The notes below the pieces were generated by a model. That model searched no databases. It was not told the origin of the DNA and saw nothing but the letters and a program-made list of their open reading frames with translations. Positions 28,736-36,390 of a stretch of DNA of 64,000 nucleotides are shown piece by piece. The DNA is taken from positions 6,395-70,394 of the IMG/VR virus record IMGVR_UViG_3300028653_000016; one strand, written 5' to 3'. Positions within the stretch are counted from its first letter, which is position 1; every line of letters begins with the position of its first letter. The position numbers and the translations under genes were made by a program. This stretch comes from a virus.

Positions 28736-28921
28736 TTAATAGCCTCTAATTATCTGAAGATTGACATACTCACGACTTTCAATGTACCTAGCTTTATACT
28801 GCCAACAGTCACAAGCTTTCTGATTCAATTCACACCATAGAGGAGCAAATTTGTTATCATGAGCGTGATTGGCTCTTGGATGCCCACATTCACACGAATT
28901 ATCATTTATGAGAAAGCTCAT
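28736..28921 (-). CDS. Cys/His microprotein (CxCGH family, no tail)
   Basis: CECGHPRANH...C....CDCWQY. Confidence 0.7.
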   Translation of the reverse strand: MSFLINDNSCECGHPRANHAHDNKFAPLWCELNQKACDCWQYKARYIESREYVNLQIIRGY

Positions 28922-28942
28922 TGGTGAATCCTCCCTACAGCT

Positions 28943-28971
28943 AGTATAGCATACTTATCTAGTAAAGTCAA
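28943..28971 (-). promoter_or_regulatory. sigma70 promoter TTGACT-N17-TATACT
   Basis: Spacer ACTAGATAAGTATG is shared with the 25819 promoter. Confidence 0.75.
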
Positions 28972-29037
28972 GGGCTATTTTTGAGACCTTATCCCTATTC
29001 TCAGTGCTGCCCCGCTGAGAACAGAGGAAAGTCTCTT

Positions 29038-30423
29038 TTACTGATTAGCAATCTTATTTAAAACTCTCTCCAAGGCTTCAATCTGCTTCAATTGCTTCTC
29101 AAGTTGTGTTTCCTCGTAACTCTTGCCCAACTTGTATGTTAGACGCGCACCAAAGGCAAAGTTCCGATTATTAGACACGTCCCAAGTATCGAAGAAACCT
29201 ACTGAATACTTCTTTGCATCAAGAATACGAACATTCATATCAACCATAGCCTTAACCTGCTCCAATTTATCTACACGATTATCTAAATTAGCTACCTTAC
29301 TATTGGTAGCATTAACCTGATTCTGCAGCCCTGCTTCAGCACCTTGGGCTCGTACTGTTTCGTTATTCAGACCAGTATACAGATTCCCAATGTTTGCTGT
29401 GTTATTATTGACCTGGGTATTTGTCTGTGCAAGACCAACTGTATTTGCTTTAACTGCATTTGTAATGACACTATCATCTGTCATATTCTGAGTACCTGCA
29501 AGACTTGCATTCGTTGCTGTCAACCCTGTATTCAAAGTATTGATACTTTGTGTATTGGTATTGACCTGTGTATTAGTAGCTGCAAGACCAGTATTTAAAT
29601 CATTAATCTGTATTGTATGTTGATTAACAGTATTGCTTAATACACTTCCATCTGTTAAATTCTGAATACCCCTCTCCACACCTGTAGCTCTCACAGTTTC
29701 ATTTGTAATGGCAACAGCATTAGCCTGATCTCCTGCAATTCTAGCACCCGTTTCAGTATTTAAGTTAGTGCCAAGTGTTGCAATATTCGACGTATTGGTA
29801 TTCACTTGAGTATTGGTCTGAGTTAGATCATTAATCAAAGTTGTTTCAGCTCCTGTAGCTCGTAATGTTTCGTTTGTAATTGCTGTAGCATTATTTGTCA
29901 CATTTACATTCGTTGTAGCAAGGCCATTCTGTAAGGTACTGATATTACCTGTGTTTGTACCAATGTTTGTAGCATCTGTTGTCTCACGAGTATTCAATGA
30001 TTGATTCGATAAAGCATTATACTGTGAAGTTGGAACCCAAACTGTCTGGGCAGACCTGGGATCTCCTTCTAGACCCATTATAGTAATAGGAGTATAAGAT
30101 ACATTTGTCGGCAATGGCGTACCATAGGGATTACTTCCATTATCTGCTGAAAACTTCACAGGAGCATTTGGATTATAATCTAGGGCCTGGGTATACCCCA
30201 TCGTAGCCAAAAGATTCTTCTCAGCTAGTTCACCTATGAAATCATTGGTCCCTAAATTCTGAGTAGGTGTAATAAACTCAGAAATTGTGGACTTATCTCC
30301 TGTTGAATTAACAATGAGATCAGTTGATTGACTATATGTTTGGGAACCCCAATTATAATAATCAGCAAATCCATTCACCGATATCAAACTAACGACAGCA
30401 ACCAATGCAAGTAACTTTTTCAT
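29038..30423 (-). CDS. secreted coiled-coil surface protein, trimeric autotransporter (YadA)-like
   Basis: Sec signal peptide; N/T-rich heptad stalk with ET.RA.GAE repeats; C-terminal amphipathic beta-strands. Confidence 0.6.
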   Translation of the reverse strand: MKKLLALVAVVSLISVNGFADYYNWGSQTYSQSTDLIVNSTGDKSTISEFITPTQNLGTNDFIGELAEKNLLATMGYTQALDYNPNAPVKFSADNGSNPYGTPLPTNVSYTPITIMGLEGDPRSAQTVWVPTSQYNALSNQSLNTRETTDATNIGTNTGNISTLQNGLATTNVNVTNNATAITNETLRATGAETTLINDLTQTNTQVNTNTSNIATLGTNLNTETGARIAGDQANAVAITNETVRATGVERGIQNLTDGSVLSNTVNQHTIQINDLNTGLAATNTQVNTNTQSINTLNTGLTATNASLAGTQNMTDDSVITNAVKANTVGLAQTNTQVNNNTANIGNLYTGLNNETVRAQGAEAGLQNQVNATNSKVANLDNRVDKLEQVKAMVDMNVRILDAKKYSVGFFDTWDVSNNRNFAFGARLTYKLGKSYEETQLEKQLKQIEALERVLNKIANQ

Positions 30424-30437
30424 TTTATCATCTCCTA

Positions 30438-30460
30438 TTATTTATTTATTTATTTATTTA
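30438..30460. repeat. (TAAA)5-6 tetranucleotide tract in the 5' leader of the YadA-like gene
   Basis: ttatttatttatttatttattta. Confidence 0.8.
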
Positions 30461-30474
30461 GCATCTTCAAATTA

Positions 30475-30503
30475 AGTCTATCAGACAATTGCCATCTTGT
30501 CAA
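30475..30503 (-). promoter_or_regulatory. sigma70 promoter TTGACA-N17-TAGACT
   Basis: Consensus with extended TG. Confidence 0.75.
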
Positions 30504-30508
30504 GGACT

Positions 30509-31381
30509 TTATAGATCATTCTCGTTTCGGAATCCAATAAACACTGGAAACCTGGGAGCCTCTTTAGCTCCAGATGCCTGACTTTTATACTTGACCAGCA
30601 GCTTTGAATACTTATCTTTATTGTCCCAAATCTCCTGCCGCAAAGCATCGTCATAACCAGTTCCAATCTTAAACTCAACCTGGGTCTTTACATCCCTCAC
30701 CCTCAGCGCACCAAGCGTACCAGTCTTAACCATGTTCTCCTGGTGAGAGGATCGTTTCGTATGCCCCAACAGATCCGTAGTAGCTTCATTAGCGTTATGT
30801 TCTCGCTCTTCAAAGTCTATAATTGCTGCCTCGCTATCGGTAAAGCGTTTGATCTTCTGCAGATAACCCTCACGAGAAGTAGAGCGTCCACACTTGTAAG
30901 GGCTATTAGGAGTCCGAATCATCACACCTTCATAGCCTTCACCAACGCATTTGTTCTCATAGGCCAACAGGGTAGACAGATCGTTAATCACCTTTGGCAG
31001 CAGCTTCACGCAGAAAGAAGGGAGAGGCAGCTTATCTAATTCAGCCATCCGTTCATTATAAGGTTTGCCTAATTCATCTGAAACATAATCAAAGACGTAG
31101 TAGCGGAAATCAGGTTCTCCATCTCCACTCATCACAGCTGAGGATACTTCATTAAACTTTTTCCCTTCAAGGATAAGCTCACCATCCAGGCCATCGGGAA
31201 GAGGGTACATCTGCTCTCTAATATAGGAGTTTTGAATAGGCTTGAAGTTACGTGATACAGCTTGCCCATTTTGAATAAGGCAGCGTATGCCGTCCAGTTT
31301 AGGGGTAGCAAGCACAGGAAACACAATGGAATCCATTCCTTCAAGGGTACAGGCCAACATTGGTTTAGTGATTTTATTCAT
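30509..31381 (-). CDS. ATP-dependent DNA ligase
   Basis: KLDGIR, LDGEL, VFD, EGVMIR, KIK, FKIGTG, PRFPVF. Confidence 0.95.
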   Translation of the reverse strand: MNKITKPMLACTLEGMDSIVFPVLATPKLDGIRCLIQNGQAVSRNFKPIQNSYIREQMYPLPDGLDGELILEGKKFNEVSSAVMSGDGEPDFRYYVFDYVSDELGKPYNERMAELDKLPLPSFCVKLLPKVINDLSTLLAYENKCVGEGYEGVMIRTPNSPYKCGRSTSREGYLQKIKRFTDSEAAIIDFEEREHNANEATTDLLGHTKRSSHQENMVKTGTLGALRVRDVKTQVEFKIGTGYDDALRQEIWDNKDKYSKLLVKYKSQASGAKEAPRFPVFIGFRNENDL

Positions 31382-31386
31382 ATTTA

Positions 31387-31415
31387 AGTCTATCAGATAA
31401 ATAACAATCTGTCAA
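31387..31415 (-). promoter_or_regulatory. sigma70 promoter TTGACA-N17-TAGACT, leaderless
   Basis: ATG 5 nt after the -10; no SD. Confidence 0.78.
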
Positions 31416-31510
31416 GAGTTATTTTAAAATAACTACAATTGTATATAATTTCAGTCTAGATTATATGCTAAAGTATATAATCCTATCCTATTTTGATATG
31501 TTTTAGCATA

Positions 31511-31810
31511 TCATTTCTTAGGGAAATTTGGATCACTGCAGCAGCCATCACAACCGTGAATACCTCTGCTATGCCCTATATAATGAGGACAGGAATATTC
31601 AGGACCGTCTGACATTCTCTGGAAAGGCCAATTCCAAGGCTTATCTTTCTTCTTGGATTTCTTTATTAATCCCTTATCCTCAGCTTTTTCCTCAAGTAAA
31701 GACAAATTATCCGATTCAAACGTATGATTAGCATTCTCTTGGCAATACATGCAAATAGGCCATGCCCCAATTAAATGCTTACTCTTGTAATGGCCACATT
31801 TACAAATCAC
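31511..31810 (-). CDS. Cys/His microprotein with internal DNLSLLE and an extra C-terminal Cys/His domain
   Basis: CKCGHYKSKH...CMYC...DNLSLLEE...CPH.IGH...HGCDGCC. Confidence 0.7.
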   Translation of the reverse strand: MICKCGHYKSKHLIGAWPICMYCQENANHTFESDNLSLLEEKAEDKGLIKKSKKKDKPWNWPFQRMSDGPEYSCPHYIGHSRGIHGCDGCCSDPNFPKK

Positions 31811-32073
31811 TTTCTCTTCTCCTTAGCTTTCTCTTCCAAATATCTCAAATTGTCTCTCTTGAAAGATTCACAATTGCATTGGGTACATTTCCATTCTTCC
31901 TGTGTACCTTCCGAAAGGTACTTTTTCCAAAATTTCTCTCTATCTACCATGCTAGATTCTTTATACCCTTCAAGCTGCTTATCCAGCCTATCCCAAGCCT
32001 TTTTACCCATCTCAGTATGCTGAGTATTTGAATGGCCACAAATACAAAAAGATTTTTCAATCTCTGGATTCAC
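31807..32073 (-). CDS. Cys/His microprotein, DNLxYLE family
   Basis: CICGHSNTQH...CTQCNCESFKRDNLRYLEE. Confidence 0.75.
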   Translation of the reverse strand: MNPEIEKSFCICGHSNTQHTEMGKKAWDRLDKQLEGYKESSMVDREKFWKKYLSEGTQEEWKCTQCNCESFKRDNLRYLEEKAKEKRK

Positions 32074-32257
32074 TTAGTTGCTCCAAGTATTTAAGATTAT
32101 CTGGCACAAATTCATGGTACATGTAATCCACATTTATTAATTTAGGATGATCCTCCGTTGATAAAATATTCCAACATGAGGTACAATACATATCACTAGC
32201 ATTATCACACCTATGATATCTTCCTGTATGCCCACATATGCAAGGGAAATTATTCAA
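32057..32257 (-). CDS. Cys/His microprotein, DNLxYLE family
   Basis: CICGHTGRYH...CTSC...FVPDNLKYLEQ. Confidence 0.75.
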   Translation of the reverse strand: MNNFPCICGHTGRYHRCDNASDMYCTSCWNILSTEDHPKLINVDYMYHEFVPDNLKYLEQLSESRD

Positions 32258-33123
32258 AGGACACCTCTCCTTACACTTTTCTTAATATGATCTTTATACC
32301 AATAAGGACGATAATTAGTATAGTGAAAGCATTTAAGTCTATCTTCCTCTTTACTCAAATCAAAGTTATTACAACCAATAATATGATCAAATTGCCATTT
32401 ACCTTTTCCTTGTCCATGGTTATTCCAATTCATGCCTTCTGTGAATTGAGACTCTATATGTTTTATAAATTCTGGAATTGTGCATCCCAAATAAGGCTCT
32501 AATAATTTAGACCTAGAATTTCTGTTTACAGCTTTGCCCAAGTTAGCTATTAATCTCAATCTCCAGTACATGTGCTCTTCGTAATTCTCCGTTTTAGCTG
32601 AGGTTCTTCTATTTTGAGATTGCTTTTTTACAGTAGACCATTCACAATTGACAAGTGTATAATTACCATCATTGTCTATTCTGTTAATACTTGTATTCTT
32701 TTCTCCAAATTCTTTAGCATGTTTAAGATACAAGGCATACATATCATCTCTAAAATTTTCAAATTCCATCCATCTTTCACAAACAGTAATTCCTCTACCG
32801 CCATAATTATAATAGTCTTTATCTGAAATTGTTAGACAACGTTTCTTCATCATATGCCAAATTGTATAAAATCTCGTTGTACTCATGCCATGGGTTTTAT
32901 GTTTTTTACCATTTTTCGTGGATATTTCACTTCGTAAACAACCACAAGATCTTGTTATTCCTTGTTTTAAGCTACTAGCAGTAACATTCCGAACAGTTCC
33001 ACAAGTACATCTGCAAACCCACAAAATAATATTCCTTATACGACTATCTCCTTGTTTAAGAACAGTCCATCTACTAAAAGTTTGACCAGTAAGATCTTCA
33101 AAATTATATGAATGCCTACTCAT
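32254..33123 (-). CDS. free-standing HNH-type homing endonuclease (two nuclease-like domains)
   Basis: DLTG..F.RWTV..C.C.CG; YGGRGI.VCERW; RIDNDGNY; C-terminal GMNW.NHG...W.FDHI...CFHY.N. Confidence 0.8.
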   Translation of the reverse strand: MSRHSYNFEDLTGQTFSRWTVLKQGDSRIRNIILWVCRCTCGTVRNVTASSLKQGITRSCGCLRSEISTKNGKKHKTHGMSTTRFYTIWHMMKKRCLTISDKDYYNYGGRGITVCERWMEFENFRDDMYALYLKHAKEFGEKNTSINRIDNDGNYTLVNCEWSTVKKQSQNRRTSAKTENYEEHMYWRLRLIANLGKAVNRNSRSKLLEPYLGCTIPEFIKHIESQFTEGMNWNNHGQGKGKWQFDHIIGCNNFDLSKEEDRLKCFHYTNYRPYWYKDHIKKSVRRGVL

Positions 33124-34508
33124 AGCAGTATCTCCCCAATAGCTTTAACTGGAATAAGCTTATACAAAGGTTCTTTAGAATACACACTAATACGTGAACT
33201 AGTATGGCTTTCTAAATATTTAACACCACTATCACAAATGTCAACTACGACAGCCTTTGTTTTGCCTTTAGAAAGACGTAATGTTCTACCTAAAGCTTGA
33301 TATGCTGCCACTGTAGACGCTTCAGCTCTCGCGGTAATCAGAACATCTAATTTTACAATATCTACACCTTCTCCTAAAATATTAGAACTAATAATTAACT
33401 TCCTAGTTCCTGCTTTAAATTCTCGTAGCACTTTTAAACGTTTCTCAGGTTCAGTACTACCATGGATAAATACTGCTTCAGGATATACTTTCTCCAAAAT
33501 CTTTAAAAGATTTTCACCATGTTCAATATAATTAATCAAAATTAAAGTACTTTTATCAGCCTTCACTGCTTTCATAGCGATATCAATAACTAATTTATTT
33601 CTTTCATGGTTATTTGTAATCTCAGTGGAATAAATTTCTGAATAGGGCATTCCTTTTCTAGCCTTTCTCTCATGTTTAAAATCATAGAGAAAAATTTCTG
33701 GGGGAACTAGCCAACCATCCTGAATAAGTTTCGATGCATTAATATCTACAAATTTTTTAGCTGCAAATCCATCTAATAAAATTCCCATATTATCTTCTCG
33801 CCAATCGGTTCCTGTAAAAAGATACCTGTAATATGCTTTAGGACAAGCTTGAGCTACTTCCCAATAAGTTTCGGAAGGAGCATGGTGTCCCTCATCTCCG
33901 ATTAATACGTCAACTAAAGGAAAAAAATCTTTCAACTCATGTGAAGATTGCACCATAGCCACAGTAATATTTTGAATATCAACCACACCTGCTCCTACAC
34001 TCCCAATAGGTACTTGCAATATTCGTTCAAGAGTTTCTTTAATCTGCTGCATAATTTCTTGCCTATGAATTAAAATAAGAGTAGTGAGATTCAATTTACC
34101 AGTTAAAGCAGCAATGCAAGTAGTCTTCCCACCACCTGTAGAAATTCTTATAACTCCCCGTTCTCTTTTTATCGCTTCTTCTACACTTTGTTCCTGATAA
34201 GGTCTAAGAGTTACATTATGCAAAGGAAGAGAGGGCTGCTCTTTAGGTTTTACTCGCAAATCTATATGCTCATATTCAATATGATGTTTATCTAACACTT
34301 CTCTTACCATCCAAACCAGACCTGTAGCAAAAGACATTCCTTTTTTAGTGAAAAAATGCTTCTTTCCATCCCAATATGGATTTCGTTGCTGAGCATAATA
34401 ACTACCCACTACTTCTGCTGATAACTTATTATAGAGAGCAGAGATAATCTTAGGATCAAGATCCCCCACTAGTTTTGATTTAATGTTACTTACTTCAATT
34501 GTTATCAT
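33120..34508 (-). CDS. SF2 DNA helicase (UvsW/XPB-like)
   Basis: LRPYQ, STGGGKT, GDEGHH, TGT..RED, GEGVDI, QALGRTLR. Confidence 0.9.
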   Translation of the reverse strand: MITIEVSNIKSKLVGDLDPKIISALYNKLSAEVVGSYYAQQRNPYWDGKKHFFTKKGMSFATGLVWMVREVLDKHHIEYEHIDLRVKPKEQPSLPLHNVTLRPYQEQSVEEAIKRERGVIRISTGGGKTTCIAALTGKLNLTTLILIHRQEIMQQIKETLERILQVPIGSVGAGVVDIQNITVAMVQSSHELKDFFPLVDVLIGDEGHHAPSETYWEVAQACPKAYYRYLFTGTDWREDNMGILLDGFAAKKFVDINASKLIQDGWLVPPEIFLYDFKHERKARKGMPYSEIYSTEITNNHERNKLVIDIAMKAVKADKSTLILINYIEHGENLLKILEKVYPEAVFIHGSTEPEKRLKVLREFKAGTRKLIISSNILGEGVDIVKLDVLITARAEASTVAAYQALGRTLRLSKGKTKAVVVDICDSGVKYLESHTSSRISVYSKEPLYKLIPVKAIGEILL

Positions 34509-34545
34509 ATTATTTTCCTTATAATTAGCATAATCTATGGTATCT

Positions 34546-34579
34546 ATATATGCACAATTTTATTATACTTTTTACAAGG
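34546..34579 (-). promoter_or_regulatory. conserved motif CTTGTAAAAAGTATAATAAAATTGTGCATATAT, copy 3
   Basis: Matches copies 1, 2 and 4. Confidence 0.6.
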
Positions 34580-34733
34580 ATTCTTCCTTTGGAAAATGCT
34601 CCTTAATGAATTCTCTACGAACTTTATAATAATCACTTTGGCATTTCTTACAGTTACCAGATTCTGTATGTCCTACCTCTGCTATAACATGACCTTTTGC
34701 ACAAGTAGGTTTAACTTTAGGACCTGACTTCAT
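34572..34733 (-). CDS. mini single-Zn-module protein, copy 3 (53 aa)
   Basis: MKSGPKVKPTCAKGHVIAEVGHTESGNCKKCQSDYYKVRREFIKEHFPKEESL; GGAGG RBS. Confidence 0.8.
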   Translation of the reverse strand: MKSGPKVKPTCAKGHVIAEVGHTESGNCKKCQSDYYKVRREFIKEHFPKEESL

Positions 34734-34932
34734 TGTTATCTACCTCCTTATCATTAGCCTTCCATTCCAAATACTCCAAATTAGTCATAGAATTATACAC
34801 ACCATTACAATAGAAAAATGGTTCCCTACAATCCTCACAGAATTCAACAGTTTCCACCCCATGATCAGGATTAAAAACCCAATCATACCTATTATGCTTC
34901 TCGGCTTCATGCCCACAATAACAAGGTAACAT
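34717..34932 (-). CDS. Cys/His microprotein, DNLxYLE family
   Basis: MLPCYCGHEAEKH...CEDC...TNLEYLE; start moved to 34932 because the upstream sequence is a tRNA. Confidence 0.72.
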   Translation of the reverse strand: MLPCYCGHEAEKHNRYDWVFNPDHGVETVEFCEDCREPFFYCNGVYNSMTNLEYLEWKANDKEVDNNEVRS

Positions 34933-34944
34933 AAATAAATTCTC

Positions 34945-35017
34945 TGGACCCAGCAGGTCACGATCCTGCAACCTAACAATTATGAGTCGTTTGCTCTACC
35001 AGTTGAGCTATGGGTCC
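34945..35017 (-). tRNA. tRNA with CAT anticodon, most like tRNA-Ile2 (lysidine type); CCA not encoded
   Basis: GGACCCA-TAGCTCAACTGGTAGAGC-AAACGA-CTCATAA-TTGTT-AGGTT-GCAGG-ATCGTGA-CCTGC-TGGGTCC-A folds as a cloverleaf. Confidence 0.85.
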
Positions 35018-35146
35018 AAACAATCTACTATTTACCTGATACTTTGACCAACCAAAATGCCCACTTAAAGAATAAGACCATAGAAATTACAATCAAGGTA
35101 AATCCTACATCTCCTCGATTCAAGAAATTATAAATCCTATTCATAA

Positions 35147-35341
35147 TTACTCTCCCTTAACCTTAATACTCAGCAGCTTAGCATCATCACACTTATTATA
35201 AATCTTTCGAATATTCTTCCTGATCTGACCTGTATCTCCTACTCCCTCACCAATAGCAAGCTTAAAGAATTCAAGCATATCATGAGCCACTAATTGGTCA
35301 ATCAATACTTTGCGTTCTTCTGGAGTGAGGAGATTATTCAT
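35147..35341 (-). CDS. hypothetical protein
   Basis: 64 aa, GAGG RBS. Confidence 0.55.
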   Translation of the reverse strand: MNNLLTPEERKVLIDQLVAHDMLEFFKLAIGEGVGDTGQIRKNIRKIYNKCDDAKLLSIKVKGE

Positions 35342-35480
35342 TCTATCACCTCGTACTCATAGGCTTGAGCAAAGACTCCTTCAGTATCTTTAACAGCCTT
35401 TGTAGCTTTCTTTTTAGTAGCATAAACTTTATAAGAAGGTGTTCCACCTAAATTCACTTCAAATAGAATCCAAACCGTTT

Positions 35481-35696
35481 TCATGCTGTCACCTCAAATG
35501 TTACTATCCCAACTAGTTCACCTACACAGTTAAATTTAAATTTCAAATTTTTAACTGTGATAAAATAATCATCCCCATTTCGCTTCACCTTAGCTTCTCG
35601 TTTAAAATCAAAATTCTGTCTCTCTAAAGCATAAACAAGTTTATTGTATTGAGTTGCACCAACTCCCTTATTCACTTTACCTAATACTATTTTCAT
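35481..35696 (-). CDS. hypothetical protein
   Basis: 71 aa, GGAGG RBS. Confidence 0.55.
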   Translation of the reverse strand: MKIVLGKVNKGVGATQYNKLVYALERQNFDFKREAKVKRNGDDYFITVKNLKFKFNCVGELVGIVTFEVTA

Positions 35697-36325
35697 ATTG
35701 TAACCTCCTCTTCTTTAGCTGCACTTAGAGATTCAAGATACTGCAAAGTACCCCCAATCTGAGGGATCAAGTGTGTAAGAGAATTAATCTTCCTCTGGAT
35801 AGATTTAAGATCCTCGATCTTATCAATTTTCTGGAGCATCTTACGATAAACATCATACTTATGCCACACTTCATAATTATACCCACGCTGCTTAACAGCA
35901 GCAATAACATCACGATTCTTATAATTCAAGAAGGTAATTACATTCACCTTAATTCTATTTTTAGCTGCAGCCATACGCTTGATACGAGCCAAATAGTCCG
36001 AATTTCCATTTAATAAATCCTTCTCTACAACTTCTAACTTGCCCACAACTTTATCAAATACAACCAATCGATGGGTGCCATGATTCTCATTAGCACAAAC
36101 GCAGTCACATTTTGGGCCTACCGCCGAGGTGCAACGGAGGTCACACGCAGCCTTCACACCACCACGAACAATATTTGTCTTTCGTACTTGACCCATATAA
36201 CGAAGAGCCAACTCACCGCAAAGAGGACAAGCTTGTTTCAAAATAAAGCCTAGTTCTTCTCGTGACTCAACATTAACTGAAAGCGGTCTTTCACAGAATG
36301 TACACTTCAGAAATTCTCTAGTCAT
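35693..36325 (-). CDS. Cys-rich early protein
   Basis: CTFC..CPLC; CDLRC..A.GP.C.C.C...NHG; own promoter. Confidence 0.65.
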   Translation of the reverse strand: MTREFLKCTFCERPLSVNVESREELGFILKQACPLCGELALRYMGQVRKTNIVRGGVKAACDLRCTSAVGPKCDCVCANENHGTHRLVVFDKVVGKLEVVEKDLLNGNSDYLARIKRMAAAKNRIKVNVITFLNYKNRDVIAAVKQRGYNYEVWHKYDVYRKMLQKIDKIEDLKSIQRKINSLTHLIPQIGGTLQYLESLSAAKEEEVTI

Positions 36326-36352
36326 TGTAGTGCCTCCCTTTCTTACTTTCTA

Positions 36353-36381
36353 AGTATAACAGAACATTGTTATCTTGTCAA
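36353..36381 (-). promoter_or_regulatory. sigma70 promoter TTGACA-N17-TATACT
   Basis: Consensus with extended TG and AT-rich UP element. Confidence 0.8.
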
Positions 36382-36390
36382 GGGTTATTT

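Noticed and set aside
31460-31515. Inverted repeats (ATATGCTAAA/TTTAGCATAT; TGATATG/CATATCA) as an origin or mobile-element end
   Set aside because: Short, AT-rich and single-copy; could be a weak terminator or chance
269-34508. Inteins or group I introns in pol, RecA, DnaB or helicase
   Set aside because: Protein lengths and motif spacing are normal; the nucleases are free-standing between complete genes
2814-34800. DNLxYLE-coding DNA as an integron-like or site-specific recombination site
   Set aside because: Nucleotides vary at synonymous positions and no conserved palindrome is visible; conservation is at the protein level
34785-34979. Track ORF 34785-34979 and the N-terminal extension of 34717-34971
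   Set aside because: Both overlap the tRNA gene; the microprotein start at 34932 is more plausible
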